Virus record (IMG/VR): IMGVR_UViG_3300038405_000273
Length of the DNA stretch: 64,000 nucleotides
Direction: 5' to 3' (one strand)
From: a virus
Shown: piece by piece, positions 10,389 through 19,705 of the stretch
Layout of the letters: each line of letters starts with the position of its first letter
How positions within the stretch are numbered: position 1 is the stretch's first letter
The notes under the pieces: model-generated
Database searches by the model: none
The model's input: only the letters and a program-made list of their open reading frames with translations
What the model was told of the DNA's origin: nothing
Translations under genes and position numbers: made by a program

Positions 10389-11153
10389 TCAGGCCGCGTA
10401 ATCGCCGGGGCGCAGGACGTTGCCCTGCGCGTCGCGGTACTCGACCACGCGCCCGTTGCAGATCGTCTTGTGCATCCCCGAGACGCTGTCGTACACGGTC
10501 TCACACGCAGTGGCCTGCTGCGCGGCGACCTCGTGAATGGTCTCGGGCTGCCACATCCGCGAGAACCACCCTCGACGGCGGCGCGGACGGCCGAACGCGT
10601 AGCCGAAGCCGTGCGTGGCGGCGGGCGCCGGCGCTCCCGGAGCCGCAGCGGCCGCGGGCGGCGCGGGCGGAGGCGGCGGGGGAGGAAGCGGTGCCGTCTG
10701 GAACGGCATCGACCGGTGGATGCGGCCGCTCGCGTTCTGGACGCCGGCTCGAATGTTCGACCCGTTCGCCATGACGCCCGGTAGGTACCCGCTGCGCATG
10801 ACCATGTACGGGTTCACGTGTGCATGGCCGCCCCCGACGCCGCCCGTCGCACCGAACGCGCCAGCGAAGCCAGCCGTCCCACCGGGCTTCGGCACCGGCG
10901 GCGCCACCGGCGCTCCTGGCGCTCCTGGAGCAGCGGCCGCGGGCGGCGCGGGCGGTGGGACCGCCGGCAGCGGCACCGGGCCCATGCTCGGATTGAGCGG
11001 CGGGCGGTACATGCTCGCGGCCGCCATCGGCAGCATGATCTTCGTCAGCGGGTGGAAGTGGCTGAAGAATCCGACGTCGGGGATCTTCGGCTGCCAACCG
11101 GGCTGTGCGGCGGATGGCGTCGAGAACGGGGTGCGGGATTGGCCGAGAATCAT
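10389..11153 (-). CDS. Pro/Ala-rich protein with internal duplication
   Basis: Start re-picked at MILGQ; two copies of PPPAPPAAAAPGAP; AFGRPRRRRGWF motif. Confidence 0.7.
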   Translation of the reverse strand: MILGQSRTPFSTPSAAQPGWQPKIPDVGFFSHFHPLTKIMLPMAAASMYRPPLNPSMGPVPLPAVPPPAPPAAAAPGAPGAPVAPPVPKPGGTAGFAGAFGATGGVGGGHAHVNPYMVMRSGYLPGVMANGSNIRAGVQNASGRIHRSMPFQTAPLPPPPPPPAPPAAAAAPGAPAPAATHGFGYAFGRPRRRRGWFSRMWQPETIHEVAAQQATACETVYDSVSGMHKTICNGRVVEYRDAQGNVLRPGDYAA

Positions 11154-11264
11154 CGATGTACCTCGCTGAAAAGCAGGATACGGCCAAGGCGCACATACGG
11201 TCAAATCGCGCTCGGGGCCCCCTCCGATTGGACAGCGCGCGGGTCGAACATCTACCATCAAGGT

Positions 11265-11858
11265 ATGTCGAAGCTCTGGAACAGCAAAGTGGCGCAATTC
11301 CTGTTGGCCTTCGTCGTCCTCGTCATGGGCGTGCTCATGAGTGTGAACGCGAAGGATCCTGATTTCTGGAACGCGCACAAGCACTGGCTGGTGATCGCGC
11401 TGGCGCTCGCCACGGACCTCCACGTGCTGCTCACCAAGAAGCCCACGACCGTCGGGGAAGCGGTGAAAGACGTGCTCGACACGAAAAAGGCGCCGCCCGT
11501 CGCTGGGCCGCCACCAGCAGCGATCGTCGTGCTCGGGCTAATCGTGCTCGCCGCGTATGCGTGCGCGCTGACGCCGACTCCCGCGCCCGGCACACCGACG
11601 GCGCCATCGACGACGTTCAAATACTGCACGACGGACGCGCTGAAAGCCGCGGGCGCGAATCTGCTCGGTGACGTCGCGAACGCCGTCGCCACGGACGACT
11701 ACGTTGCCGAGCTGGAGAAGCTCGTCGCGCAATTCGGCGCCGCCGAGGTGAAGTGCGCCGTCGAGCTGTTCGTGAACAGCACGTTCCGCAAGGCGAGCGC
11801 CGACAAGCTCGCGGCCACCGAGGTCTCGCGCGCCCAGGACTGGCTGTCGACGCAGTAA
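11265..11858 (+). CDS. Multi-pass membrane protein (holin-like or virion membrane protein)
   Basis: Start MSKLWNS at 11265; three hydrophobic segments, the third followed by Cys (LAAYAC); TACCAT box 6 nt upstream. Confidence 0.7.
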   Translation: MSKLWNSKVAQFLLAFVVLVMGVLMSVNAKDPDFWNAHKHWLVIALALATDLHVLLTKKPTTVGEAVKDVLDTKKAPPVAGPPPAAIVVLGLIVLAAYACALTPTPAPGTPTAPSTTFKYCTTDALKAAGANLLGDVANAVATDDYVAELEKLVAQFGAAEVKCAVELFVNSTFRKASADKLAATEVSRAQDWLSTQ

Positions 11859-12031
11859 TGCGCGCGATCCGGCTGTTGATCGTGCTCGGGAGCCTCGGCG
11901 TGTTGCGCTGTTACGCACACACGACGCCACCGGTCCATTGCGCGAACATCGCGAACTGCCCTGACGACCCAACCCAGTTGCCGCCGCTCACCGATAGCAA
12001 GGTGGACGGCGGTCAGAAAGACGGCAGATGA
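11858..12031 (+). CDS. Small secreted or lipoprotein-like protein
   Basis: TAATG coupling; MRAIRLLIVLGSLGVLRC signal-like N-terminus; Cys/Pro-rich. Confidence 0.55.
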   Translation: MRAIRLLIVLGSLGVLRCYAHTTPPVHCANIANCPDDPTQLPPLTDSKVDGGQKDGR

Positions 12032-12759
12032 TGCCCCAGATCGCGCTTGTGGCCGAGCCGGACACCGACATCGACGAGCTGACGATGGCGATCTGGGCCG
12101 ACGCGCTCGATCGGCAGGTCGCCGAGATCGCACAGGTGTGGGCAGCGTTCGGCGTCGTGTACACGCCAGTCGTCTTCTACAAGGTGTCGGAGAACTTGCC
12201 GATCGACTGCCGGATCGCGCTCATCACGCGCAGCCTTGGCGTTCCGGGCGCGGCGGGCTACCACGATGATCAGCTCGGAGTGATCTTCTCCCGCATCCTT
12301 CGGCAAGCCGACGACGACGACACGAGCGTGACGGCGTCACACGAAGATGCCGAAGAGGTTGGCGATCCAGAGTGCAACCTGTGGTCGCCGTGGGACGACC
12401 AGCACGAGCAGGCGAAAGAGCTGTCCGATCGCGTGGAAGGCGACGTCTACGACGGCACGGGCGTAGTCGGGACCGTCTCGCGCACGGTGAAGCTGTCGAA
12501 CTGGCTCTACCCGAGCGCGTTCGACCCGAATGGCAAAGCGCCTTTCGACAAGATGGGGCGGCTCGACTCGTGGAACGCCATGACCGAGGGCGGATACGTC
12601 ATCTTGCGGAACAAGCTCACCGGTGAGACCACCGACGTGTTCGCGCAGGCTCGGCGCGCGCCGTACGTGCTCCCGGCGAGCGAAAAGGCCAACAGCACGA
12701 TCGCTCGAAAGATGCGCCGGCCCGACTCGCGGATGATGCGGCGGCTGCGCAGTCGTTAG
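12028..12759 (+). CDS. Putative zincin-like metallopeptidase (HExxE)
   Basis: GAAGYH, SVTASHEDAEEVGDP, ELSDRVEG and LSNWLYPSAF motifs match a HExxE zincin-like family. Confidence 0.7.
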   Translation: MMPQIALVAEPDTDIDELTMAIWADALDRQVAEIAQVWAAFGVVYTPVVFYKVSENLPIDCRIALITRSLGVPGAAGYHDDQLGVIFSRILRQADDDDTSVTASHEDAEEVGDPECNLWSPWDDQHEQAKELSDRVEGDVYDGTGVVGTVSRTVKLSNWLYPSAFDPNGKAPFDKMGRLDSWNAMTEGGYVILRNKLTGETTDVFAQARRAPYVLPASEKANSTIARKMRRPDSRMMRRLRSR

Positions 12760-12807
12760 CAGTCGCGGCGGGCTTGCATTCGTACGCGTTTTAGCTAGCT
12801 TTAATGC

Positions 12808-13233
12808 ATGGCTAAAACGGCGAGAATCCGGCTAGGCGCTGCGACCGACAATCCGCTTGCACTCCTCCAACACGCTCGACGAGGCATCGAGGAGGCGCGT
12901 CGGCGCGGTGACTCGACCGCTCTACGCGAAGCAGCAGAAATGGGGTGGCTCGCAGCATCCTCCACAGCGGACGTCGTAGCTGCAAAGCTCGGCCAAAAGG
13001 TTCCGAAGGGCGCTTCAGGCCGCCGCGCTGTTCTCGTCGACTTGGAAGACCGCGCGAGGCTACGGCGCGGCACGCTGATCGGACCGTTCGAGGCAGCGCG
13101 GACGGTCCTGCACGGCGAATGCTTTCACGGTGACGAGTGCGATCCACGCTCCATCGACGGGATCATCAATGGCGTCCAGGACCTCGCGACGACGGCGCTG
13201 CGGGCTGCGCCGAAAAGAAGCCGCCGTGGGTAG
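12808..13233 (+). CDS. PaREP1/HEPN-like protein
   Basis: REAAEMGWLAA...ARTVLHGECFHG resembles the PaREP1 pattern. Confidence 0.6.
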   Translation: MAKTARIRLGAATDNPLALLQHARRGIEEARRRGDSTALREAAEMGWLAASSTADVVAAKLGQKVPKGASGRRAVLVDLEDRARLRRGTLIGPFEAARTVLHGECFHGDECDPRSIDGIINGVQDLATTALRAAPKRSRRG

Positions 13234-13411
13234 ACCGCGCTTGGCCGGCGTGCGCCTCGTCGCTGTGCGCCTGCGCGACAAAGACCTCGCCGTGGCAAAG
13301 AAAGTTGCCAGCAGGACAGCCCAAGCGCGCGACGCAGTGATTCGCGCCTGGGTGGCGAAGGGCGCCGAAGAGGCCCAAGCCGAGGCTACCGCCCGAGAAC
13401 GATCTTCTTGA
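13226..13411 (+). CDS. Ribbon-helix-helix DNA-binding protein
   Basis: GTG start; GRPR then alternating strand LVAVRL followed by two helices; paralog of 49469..49636. Confidence 0.65.
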   Translation: MGRPRLAGVRLVAVRLRDKDLAVAKKVASRTAQARDAVIRAWVAKGAEEAQAEATARERSS

Positions 13412-13625
13412 ACCAGTCGACGGCTTGCTGGGCGCCCATAGCAAGCCGCATTCCCTGCATTGCCGACGCCTGATAGACCCATTTCGCCAGGCACACGAGC
13501 GAGCACGTCGCCGTCACCTGCGTCTCGGTGCCGTCGTTCTTCACGCGGGTCACGCGGAAGTACGCAGGGGCATCGTTGCGGCTGCACACTGCGCAGACAA
13601 GCGCCACGGCTACACCTTCCTCCAA
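13386..13625 (-). CDS. Small Cys4 zinc-binding protein
   Basis: CAVC...CSLVC motifs; start uncertain. Confidence 0.55.
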   Translation of the reverse strand: MEEGVAVALVCAVCSRNDAPAYFRVTRVKNDGTETQVTATCSLVCLAKWVYQASAMQGMRLAMGAQQAVDWFKKIVLGR

Positions 13626-14530
13626 GAGGTCTGCACCGAGTACGTGCCGTCGGGCAGCTCCAGCAGCTTGTAGTCGTTGAACAGCATCGGTTCAATGTGG
13701 CGCATGGCCAAGAAGATGCGCGTCGTCACCTCGCGAATCGGGACATCGGCAGCGCCAGAGGCGCGCATCTCGCACACATGGCGGAGCGCGCGAATGTTTC
13801 CCGAGAAGACAATCGGCGCCTCCGTTTCGTTTGGCAAGCACGAGCGTGCTGCCTGGTTGACCTTCTTTCGCAGCTCGGTGCGCTTCTCACCCGAGAGCGC
13901 TGTGTCGCCTTTGAGCTGGCGTTCGACGAGGCGCTCTGCGATCGCGGCGTACTCACGCGCCGAGCGGTCGATACGCTCCTCAAACCACGCGTGCAGCACG
14001 TCGTCGGTCTGGTACTCGGGGCGCTCGACGAACCGCAGCACCTTGCCGTCGACGTAGCGCTGCGAGACCTGCGAAAACGCGACACCCGTGCGGTGGCGCA
14101 CCAGCTCGTGTGTGAAACTACGATCGCAGCCCCACAGGAGAAAGGTGAACTGCGCATGTTCGAGCACAGAGCCGTGGCCGCTCGCGAGGATGTTGTCGAC
14201 ATACTTCTGCGCGTCGCGGTTCTTGGTGCGGTTCTCGCCGAAGCTCATGTAGCACGTCTGCCCGGCAAGCTTGATTAGCTCGGTTGCATCTTCGGCGCCG
14301 GTTCCGATCGGCTCGTCGTCGATGTACGCATCGAACCCGAGGTCGTCCGGGAATCCCGTGAGAAACGGGAGCAGTGCCGAACGCGACACTACAGGCTGGG
14401 CCAGCAGCACGACGCCCGGTTGCGTGAAGTAGAGGCCGCCTCCTTTTGTCGTGCGTGGCATTGCTGTGAAGGTCGGTCCACCTAACTTCTCGAACACCGC
14501 TTCTGGATGCACTTCTTTCGCGTCAGCCAT
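13610..14530 (-). CDS. thyX: FAD-dependent thymidylate synthase ThyX
   Basis: GHGSVLEH, RSFTHELVRHR, FSQVSQRY, GNIRALRH motifs. Confidence 0.95.
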   Translation of the reverse strand: MADAKEVHPEAVFEKLGGPTFTAMPRTTKGGGLYFTQPGVVLLAQPVVSRSALLPFLTGFPDDLGFDAYIDDEPIGTGAEDATELIKLAGQTCYMSFGENRTKNRDAQKYVDNILASGHGSVLEHAQFTFLLWGCDRSFTHELVRHRTGVAFSQVSQRYVDGKVLRFVERPEYQTDDVLHAWFEERIDRSAREYAAIAERLVERQLKGDTALSGEKRTELRKKVNQAARSCLPNETEAPIVFSGNIRALRHVCEMRASGAADVPIREVTTRIFLAMRHIEPMLFNDYKLLELPDGTYSVQTSWRKV

Positions 14531-14879
14531 CTGTCTTCGTCCTTTCTGCAAGCCACGTCTTGAGCAGTCCGATTCCTGTAAAAAGCGGCATGTTCAGCCG
14601 GCGCGACTCGGCGATTTCGCCTTGCACGCCTTTCGATCCTTCGTAGCCGGGCACGAGGATCATCGCGTCGCACCGACGTAGTAGTTCGAGCGTCCCCTCA
14701 TACCAGAACGCAAGCGTGATGGTCCCGGTGAACATGCTGCCCGTATTCGTGTGCGGGATGACCGGGTAGGCACCGAGCTTAGCCACTTCCATCCCGACTT
14801 CTGCCGCACGGTGAATGTTGCAGCGGATGGCCCAGTCGTTCTCAGCGAAGAGCGCCCCCGCCACGTAGATGATCTTCAT
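14523..14879 (-). CDS. Nucleoside deoxyribosyltransferase-like protein (DUF4406-like)
   Basis: IYVAG, PVIPH, LLRRCDAM, SKGVQGEI pattern. Confidence 0.75.
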   Translation of the reverse strand: MKIIYVAGALFAENDWAIRCNIHRAAEVGMEVAKLGAYPVIPHTNTGSMFTGTITLAFWYEGTLELLRRCDAMILVPGYEGSKGVQGEIAESRRLNMPLFTGIGLLKTWLAERTKTDG

Positions 14880-14883
14880 GGCC

Positions 14884-15555
14884 CTATTGCACCGGCGCCA
14901 CTTCGTCGAGCGCTTGCCAGGACGGATGTGCAGTGACAGCTGACCAGATGCGATCCGTCACCTCGCGCTCGGTGCCCATTCCGTCAACGCGCACCCACCA
15001 CGTCTCATACAGCTCGTGAGACTCGACGATGGCCTCCCCGATCTGCCCGCCCCACATCGACTGGTAGTTCTCGCGCACGCACGCTTGTTTCTCGCGGTCA
15101 CGCTCGTACCGATCGCGCACGTCTGGGCGGCGGCGCAGCGCCTCTTCTGGCGGGATGTCGATGAACACGTTGACGTCCGGATCGGACAGCAGATAGCTCA
15201 TCGACTTGATCAGCTCCGGATCCAGCCCATCCGCGATGGCGTACGCGATCCCCGATGAGATCCAGCGGTCGCAGATAACCACGCCGCCCTCGTCGAAATA
15301 GCTCTTCATCTCTCGAATCGCACACGCCTTGTCGGCTAGGTGAAGCGCCTGGAACAACAGCGCCTCGTCGAGGGGCGCGCCGCTCACCGTCACGTCGCCA
15401 ACGAGCAGCTTCTTGATCAGCGCGCCCGTCGGCGTGTCGTACCGCGGGAACGAAAAGACGCGTGCGCGCCGATTCGCTGCTCGCACGCGCTCGGCGATGC
15501 GCTGGGATTGGGTGTGCTTGCCGCTTGCGTCGAGTCCTTCAAGCGCGATTATCAC
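14884..15555 (-). CDS. tmk: Thymidylate (dTMP) kinase
   Basis: IALEGLDASGKHTQ P-loop, FSFPRY, ICDRWISSGIAY; start re-picked at GTG 15555. Confidence 0.92.
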   Translation of the reverse strand: MIIALEGLDASGKHTQSQRIAERVRAANRRARVFSFPRYDTPTGALIKKLLVGDVTVSGAPLDEALLFQALHLADKACAIREMKSYFDEGGVVICDRWISSGIAYAIADGLDPELIKSMSYLLSDPDVNVFIDIPPEEALRRRPDVRDRYERDREKQACVRENYQSMWGGQIGEAIVESHELYETWWVRVDGMGTEREVTDRIWSAVTAHPSWQALDEVAPVQ

Positions 15556-16355
15556 AGCCGTGTCCTCGTGAGCTTGCGTTCGAGGCGCACGACGAGCGCG
15601 TAGACGTCGATGCACGGAAGGTCCTGCTTGTCAGCCTCGTCGAGCAGCGCTTCCAATTCCGTGGGCGTCAGCCCGGCGTCTTCTGCGCTCGGCGAATCGG
15701 CCGCGGTCGCGAAGCTCGGCGCCAGCTCGCCGGCAACAATCATCTCGGCGACGCAGTAGCGGCAGTTCCAGCGCTTCTTGTCGTGCTCGGGGCACACGAA
15801 CGCAATCTTCCTGTCGAGCACAGGAGGCTGTACGGGCTCGGCGTCTGCAACATCGTCCGCGGTTATCTCCACGCCCGGCGGCAGCTCACGGCCGCGCAGT
15901 GCATCGGCAGTCTTCATGAGCCGATCGTCGAGGTTAGAGCCGCGCACACGTCGGGCCGATTCGATGTACTCCATCTGCCCTTTCTCGGCCGCGTTGAGAG
16001 GGCGCGAGATCTTGTCGGTCTGCTCCGGATAGCGCGGTTGCTGCTGCTCCTGCAAACCGCCGATCGTGTTGTGCGCGAGGCAGAACCGTGTCGGCGGCAC
16101 GAAGCACGGAAGGCCAACGCCACCTCCGCCGAGCCCCATGCGCAGCTCACGAATATCTTCTACGGAAAGCCCTTTGGCGAGGGCCCCCGTGCAGCCGAGC
16201 GTCTCGATTTCGTGGGCGAAGTTCACGCCGCAAGCACGAAGGGCGGCGCGCACGCGTTCGGCGACAGCCTCTCGATCGGGGAAGCCGTCGCCGAACGCCA
16301 TGTCGTCGATGGAGCGGTTGTCTGGGGCAGCGGGGTCAAAAAGTGGCGCGGTCAT
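15552..16355 (-). CDS. Hypothetical protein with CPEH...CRYC motif
   Basis: Start re-picked at MTAPLF after GGAG; fills the gap between co-oriented genes. Confidence 0.7.
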   Translation of the reverse strand: MTAPLFDPAAPDNRSIDDMAFGDGFPDREAVAERVRAALRACGVNFAHEIETLGCTGALAKGLSVEDIRELRMGLGGGGVGLPCFVPPTRFCLAHNTIGGLQEQQQPRYPEQTDKISRPLNAAEKGQMEYIESARRVRGSNLDDRLMKTADALRGRELPPGVEITADDVADAEPVQPPVLDRKIAFVCPEHDKKRWNCRYCVAEMIVAGELAPSFATAADSPSAEDAGLTPTELEALLDEADKQDLPCIDVYALVVRLERKLTRTRL

Positions 16356-16365
16356 CGAAGTCTCC

Positions 16366-17082
16366 TTAGCTTGCACCGTTTGTGCGCATGTATTGTATTA
16401 CGCGCTCTAATTCATCAATGGAGGCGTCGCGCTTAATCGCGTTGGCACGATGGCTGATTACACGAACATTGCTGAGCACATATCCGTGCTCTGGGATTAC
16501 ACGATCCAGCGTGGGGCTATTGTGATGATGCGTACGCTTGCCGACATTCGGCTCAAGCCGTATTCCAAGCACTGGACACGTAGATGGGATCACGATGTCC
16601 GATTTCAGTAGGTCGAATGGAAGCCCTCGTTCCTTTGCGCGTTTGCGCGCGCCGCTCCACAGCACCCAACGCGGATCACTCCGATCTTCTCCCTTTACGT
16701 TGTTCCACAATGTCGCTGCGCGTGCACGACAGACGTCTAGTTTTAGGCAGCCGCAGCTTCGAGTGTTGCCCGATTGCAATGTCACGGAGCCGATGCTGCG
16801 GATGTTGCCGCATGTGCACCGGCAAAACCAGAAGCTTCCGGGGCGCGCATCACGCGCGACGACTGTCAAACGGCCGAACTGCCGCCCGACCAGATCGATG
16901 CGGTATCGTGCACATCCGCAAGATCTACTCCTCTTGGCGGATACATTCGACGCTAGCATGCGCCGCTGTTTGCCGCAGTCGCACTGGAAAAGATACTCTG
17001 AGCCGTGGTTGCCAATGCGGCGCTCACCCAAACACACCAGGCGTCCAAAACGCGCGCCTGTTTGAATTATCTGTCGCGCCAT
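16366..17082 (-). CDS. Free-standing HNH homing endonuclease-like protein
   Basis: Two FGRL...C.C.CG...SCGC repeats plus SPTLDRVIPEHGYVLSNVRVISHRAN; visibly lower GC. Confidence 0.85.
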   Translation of the reverse strand: MARQIIQTGARFGRLVCLGERRIGNHGSEYLFQCDCGKQRRMLASNVSAKRSRSCGCARYRIDLVGRQFGRLTVVARDARPGSFWFCRCTCGNIRSIGSVTLQSGNTRSCGCLKLDVCRARAATLWNNVKGEDRSDPRWVLWSGARKRAKERGLPFDLLKSDIVIPSTCPVLGIRLEPNVGKRTHHHNSPTLDRVIPEHGYVLSNVRVISHRANAIKRDASIDELERVIQYMRTNGAS

Positions 17083-18074
17083 CTTCTCTCGCCCTCGCTA
17101 CCTCGCGGCATCCTGTGTGCGTCGTACGGTCGTCTACCTGTTCGTGGTTCGGCAGGCGCAAGCGTTGCTCGCCGTGCAGCTTCGATTGTCTTATTCAAGT
17201 AATGCATGCCTGCTTCTCTATATTTCAGATTTCCGACTGGCTCCCGTTCATACACCCAGTGCACCATGGCGTCGGTGCAGCCGGCTCGCACGAGCGCGCA
17301 CACAACAACCCAATCCGCCTCAGACCGCGTGACCTGCTTTTCGGAAAAGGCGTTCTTTTCTCCGGTGTCGATGATGTCGAGCACGCCTTCCGACAAGCGC
17401 TTGCGCAACTCGATCCAATCTTCGGGCGGGTCGACGGGCACTGCGATGCCTTCCTTTGGCGTGCGCGCCGGGCCGGCGCCGAGGCGATCGAGCGCGAAGT
17501 CGATCTCGTCGATGTCGTAACGACGATCGGGGCAGAATTCGGTGATGTACCCCCACGCAGGTGGCGCCTTCCAATTCACACAGCCCGGAAGACGCCCTAT
17601 CCGATTGATCGAGAACACCGGATCACTACCTGTGTACTTGCACAGGCGTTCCCACACGAGTTTTGCACGGGTCGGATCGGCAGGCTTCGCGAGCAGATGG
17701 TACATATGCGCGCCGTGGCCCGAGCTGCATGTGACCGTCGGCGGAATCCGTCCAATCGTGAGCCGCTTGTTCACCTCCTCGATCGACGTGCGCTCGGGCT
17801 GCAGGTCCAGGAACAGCGCAGTCACGTACGGCACGTCGCGCTCGAAGCCGCTGAACGCGCTGCGCGGGTTCACGTTCACGAACGCGGACATCCCCTGCAG
17901 GTTCATTTCCACGGCGTGCTTCGATGCGATCCACGGATCGGTGAGGTAGCGCTTCATCGGGCGCCGGCTGCCCATCGCGGTGATCTCAATGAGCGCCGTC
18001 TCGCTCGCGCGCTCGTGCAGAAGTGCGATGAGCGCGTAGGCGTGGCGGGCCATTCTGTCGGCATCGACGCTCAT
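17067..18074 (-). CDS. DNA primase, AEP/RepB-like
   Basis: FVNVNPR, ALFLDL, SSGHGAHMYHLL, RIGRLPG motifs; start MSVDAD overlaps the helicase stop. Confidence 0.8.
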   Translation of the reverse strand: MSVDADRMARHAYALIALLHERASETALIEITAMGSRRPMKRYLTDPWIASKHAVEMNLQGMSAFVNVNPRSAFSGFERDVPYVTALFLDLQPERTSIEEVNKRLTIGRIPPTVTCSSGHGAHMYHLLAKPADPTRAKLVWERLCKYTGSDPVFSINRIGRLPGCVNWKAPPAWGYITEFCPDRRYDIDEIDFALDRLGAGPARTPKEGIAVPVDPPEDWIELRKRLSEGVLDIIDTGEKNAFSEKQVTRSEADWVVVCALVRAGCTDAMVHWVYEREPVGNLKYREAGMHYLNKTIEAARRATLAPAEPRTGRRPYDAHRMPRGSEGERRWRDR

Positions 18075-19705
18075 GCGATCCTCCCAATGAAAACACCGGC
18101 AACCTGTGTCGCTCTCGTAATCGAGGTGTAGGCCCAACGCCGACCGTCCTCTTCGTTGAGCCGAACGGATGGCTCCACGACGACGAGGACGCCAGGCCAC
18201 TCGGACCCTTGCGACTTGTGCGCGGTATACACGTAGCCGAAGTTCGCGTGGATGTGCGACGCCACCTTGTCGCCTGCATAGAAGTTCTCGCCACGTGCCC
18301 ACCGACTCGCCGAAATCTCCACGGCAATCGGACCGCTCTCCAATCGGCCATGCAGCTCTTCGACAGCGAGCGTGATCGGAATGCCGTCGACAGTGCTACC
18401 TCCGAAGCGTGCATTCTCGTCCTTCTGCTTCCACTTGTCGTGGATGTGCTCGTACTGCCCAGGCGGACGCTGCCATCCCTCGAAGTTGAACGACTCGCCG
18501 TTGACGAGGCCGACTTCATAGGCGTTCTTGAGCACGACGAGAGGCTCGCCCTCGACGGGCATCTCATCGTAGATGCCGAGCGACGCACGGAACATCGCGT
18601 TCAAGTGAAGGCGCGTCGCGTTTCGATGACAGATCGTGATGCCGCCTTGCCGGTGCGCGTTCAGCGCCCACGCACCGAAGTTGGACAGGTCGCAGTGTGG
18701 AAGCTCGTCGAACGCGCGCACGCCCATCCCGTTGCGGAGCTGAATCGACGCACGGATGACTGGCGAGTCTTGCGCCTGGCGCACGACCTCGTTCATCTCC
18801 ACGCGGTCCGCACCGATGTCATCGGCGAAGTTCGGCGCGAGCACGGAGAACGGCGCCGAGTTTGGCGGCTGCACGGGCGGGAGCTGGAACCCGTCGCCGA
18901 CGAGAATTAGCTTGAGGTCGTGCGAGCGACACACGTTGTAGACGTCGCGCCACACGTCCGGGCCGACCATCGAGGCTTCGTCGAGCACGATCATCCGCGA
19001 CGCAGGGATCTCGATGTCGCTGCCCTCGCGCCGAACGAACTTCACGACGCCGGTCTTCTCGTCCATGACGGGCTTGTAGATCCAGCGGTGGATCGTCTGG
19101 GCTTGAAGCCCTGTCGCCTCGCGCACGCGCAGCGCCGCCTTGCCCGTCGGCGTGATGATCATGGGCGCGCCATGCACGTGCCCGATGACTTTGATGGCAG
19201 TGGTCTTCCCGGTGCCCGCCCACCCGACGATGATGCCGAGCGCGAACCCGTACTGACGCGCCAGCCGATTGGTCATCTCCAGCGCCTCGTCCTGACCGCG
19301 TGTGAGCTTAAAAGGGAGAGCAAGCGGAGCAGGGGCAGCAGGCGCGAGGGTGGGTGCCGGCGACGGTGCAGAAGTCTCGATCGTTCCGCGCCAGTATCGC
19401 TGCTCGATTCGCTGTGAGAGCGCCTCGAACCCGAGTTCGTGCAGGCGAAAGATCGCGCCGCGAAGCTCCACCCCGCGCAGCTTCTCGCCCGCGAGCGCGT
19501 GAATGAGCACGTTGATCTCGATGCGCTGGAATTCGGTGAGCGCCGAGATGTGCCGATAGTTCAATTGGGCTCTACAATCTGGACCCAGGCCGATGGTCTG
19601 GCTCAGTCCGTCGGTCAAATCGCGCCCGCACGCTGCGCAATAGACCGACTGGAGCGGCGGTGGCACAGCGGGAGCGATAGCGGATTCGTCGATCGTCGTC
19701 ACCAC
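18071..19705 (-). CDS. SF1B RecD/Dda-like helicase with N-terminal zinc finger (DUF6011-like)
   Basis: GWAGTGKT, DEASMV, GDGFQLPPV, YTAHKSQGSEW; N-terminal CAACGRDLTD...GLGPDC. Confidence 0.92.
   Translation of the reverse strand: MVTTIDESAIAPAVPPPLQSVYCAACGRDLTDGLSQTIGLGPDCRAQLNYRHISALTEFQRIEINVLIHALAGEKLRGVELRGAIFRLHELGFEALSQRIEQRYWRGTIETSAPSPAPTLAPAAPAPLALPFKLTRGQDEALEMTNRLARQYGFALGIIVGWAGTGKTTAIKVIGHVHGAPMIITPTGKAALRVREATGLQAQTIHRWIYKPVMDEKTGVVKFVRREGSDIEIPASRMIVLDEASMVGPDVWRDVYNVCRSHDLKLILVGDGFQLPPVQPPNSAPFSVLAPNFADDIGADRVEMNEVVRQAQDSPVIRASIQLRNGMGVRAFDELPHCDLSNFGAWALNAHRQGGITICHRNATRLHLNAMFRASLGIYDEMPVEGEPLVVLKNAYEVGLVNGESFNFEGWQRPPGQYEHIHDKWKQKDENARFGGSTVDGIPITLAVEELHGRLESGPIAVEISASRWARGENFYAGDKVASHIHANFGYVYTAHKSQGSEWPGVLVVVEPSVRLNEEDGRRWAYTSITRATQVAGVFIGRIA

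Noticed and set aside
16366-17082. Group I intron encoding the endonuclease
   Set aside because: Flanking genes appear complete with their own starts and stops; the same holds for 28284..28895
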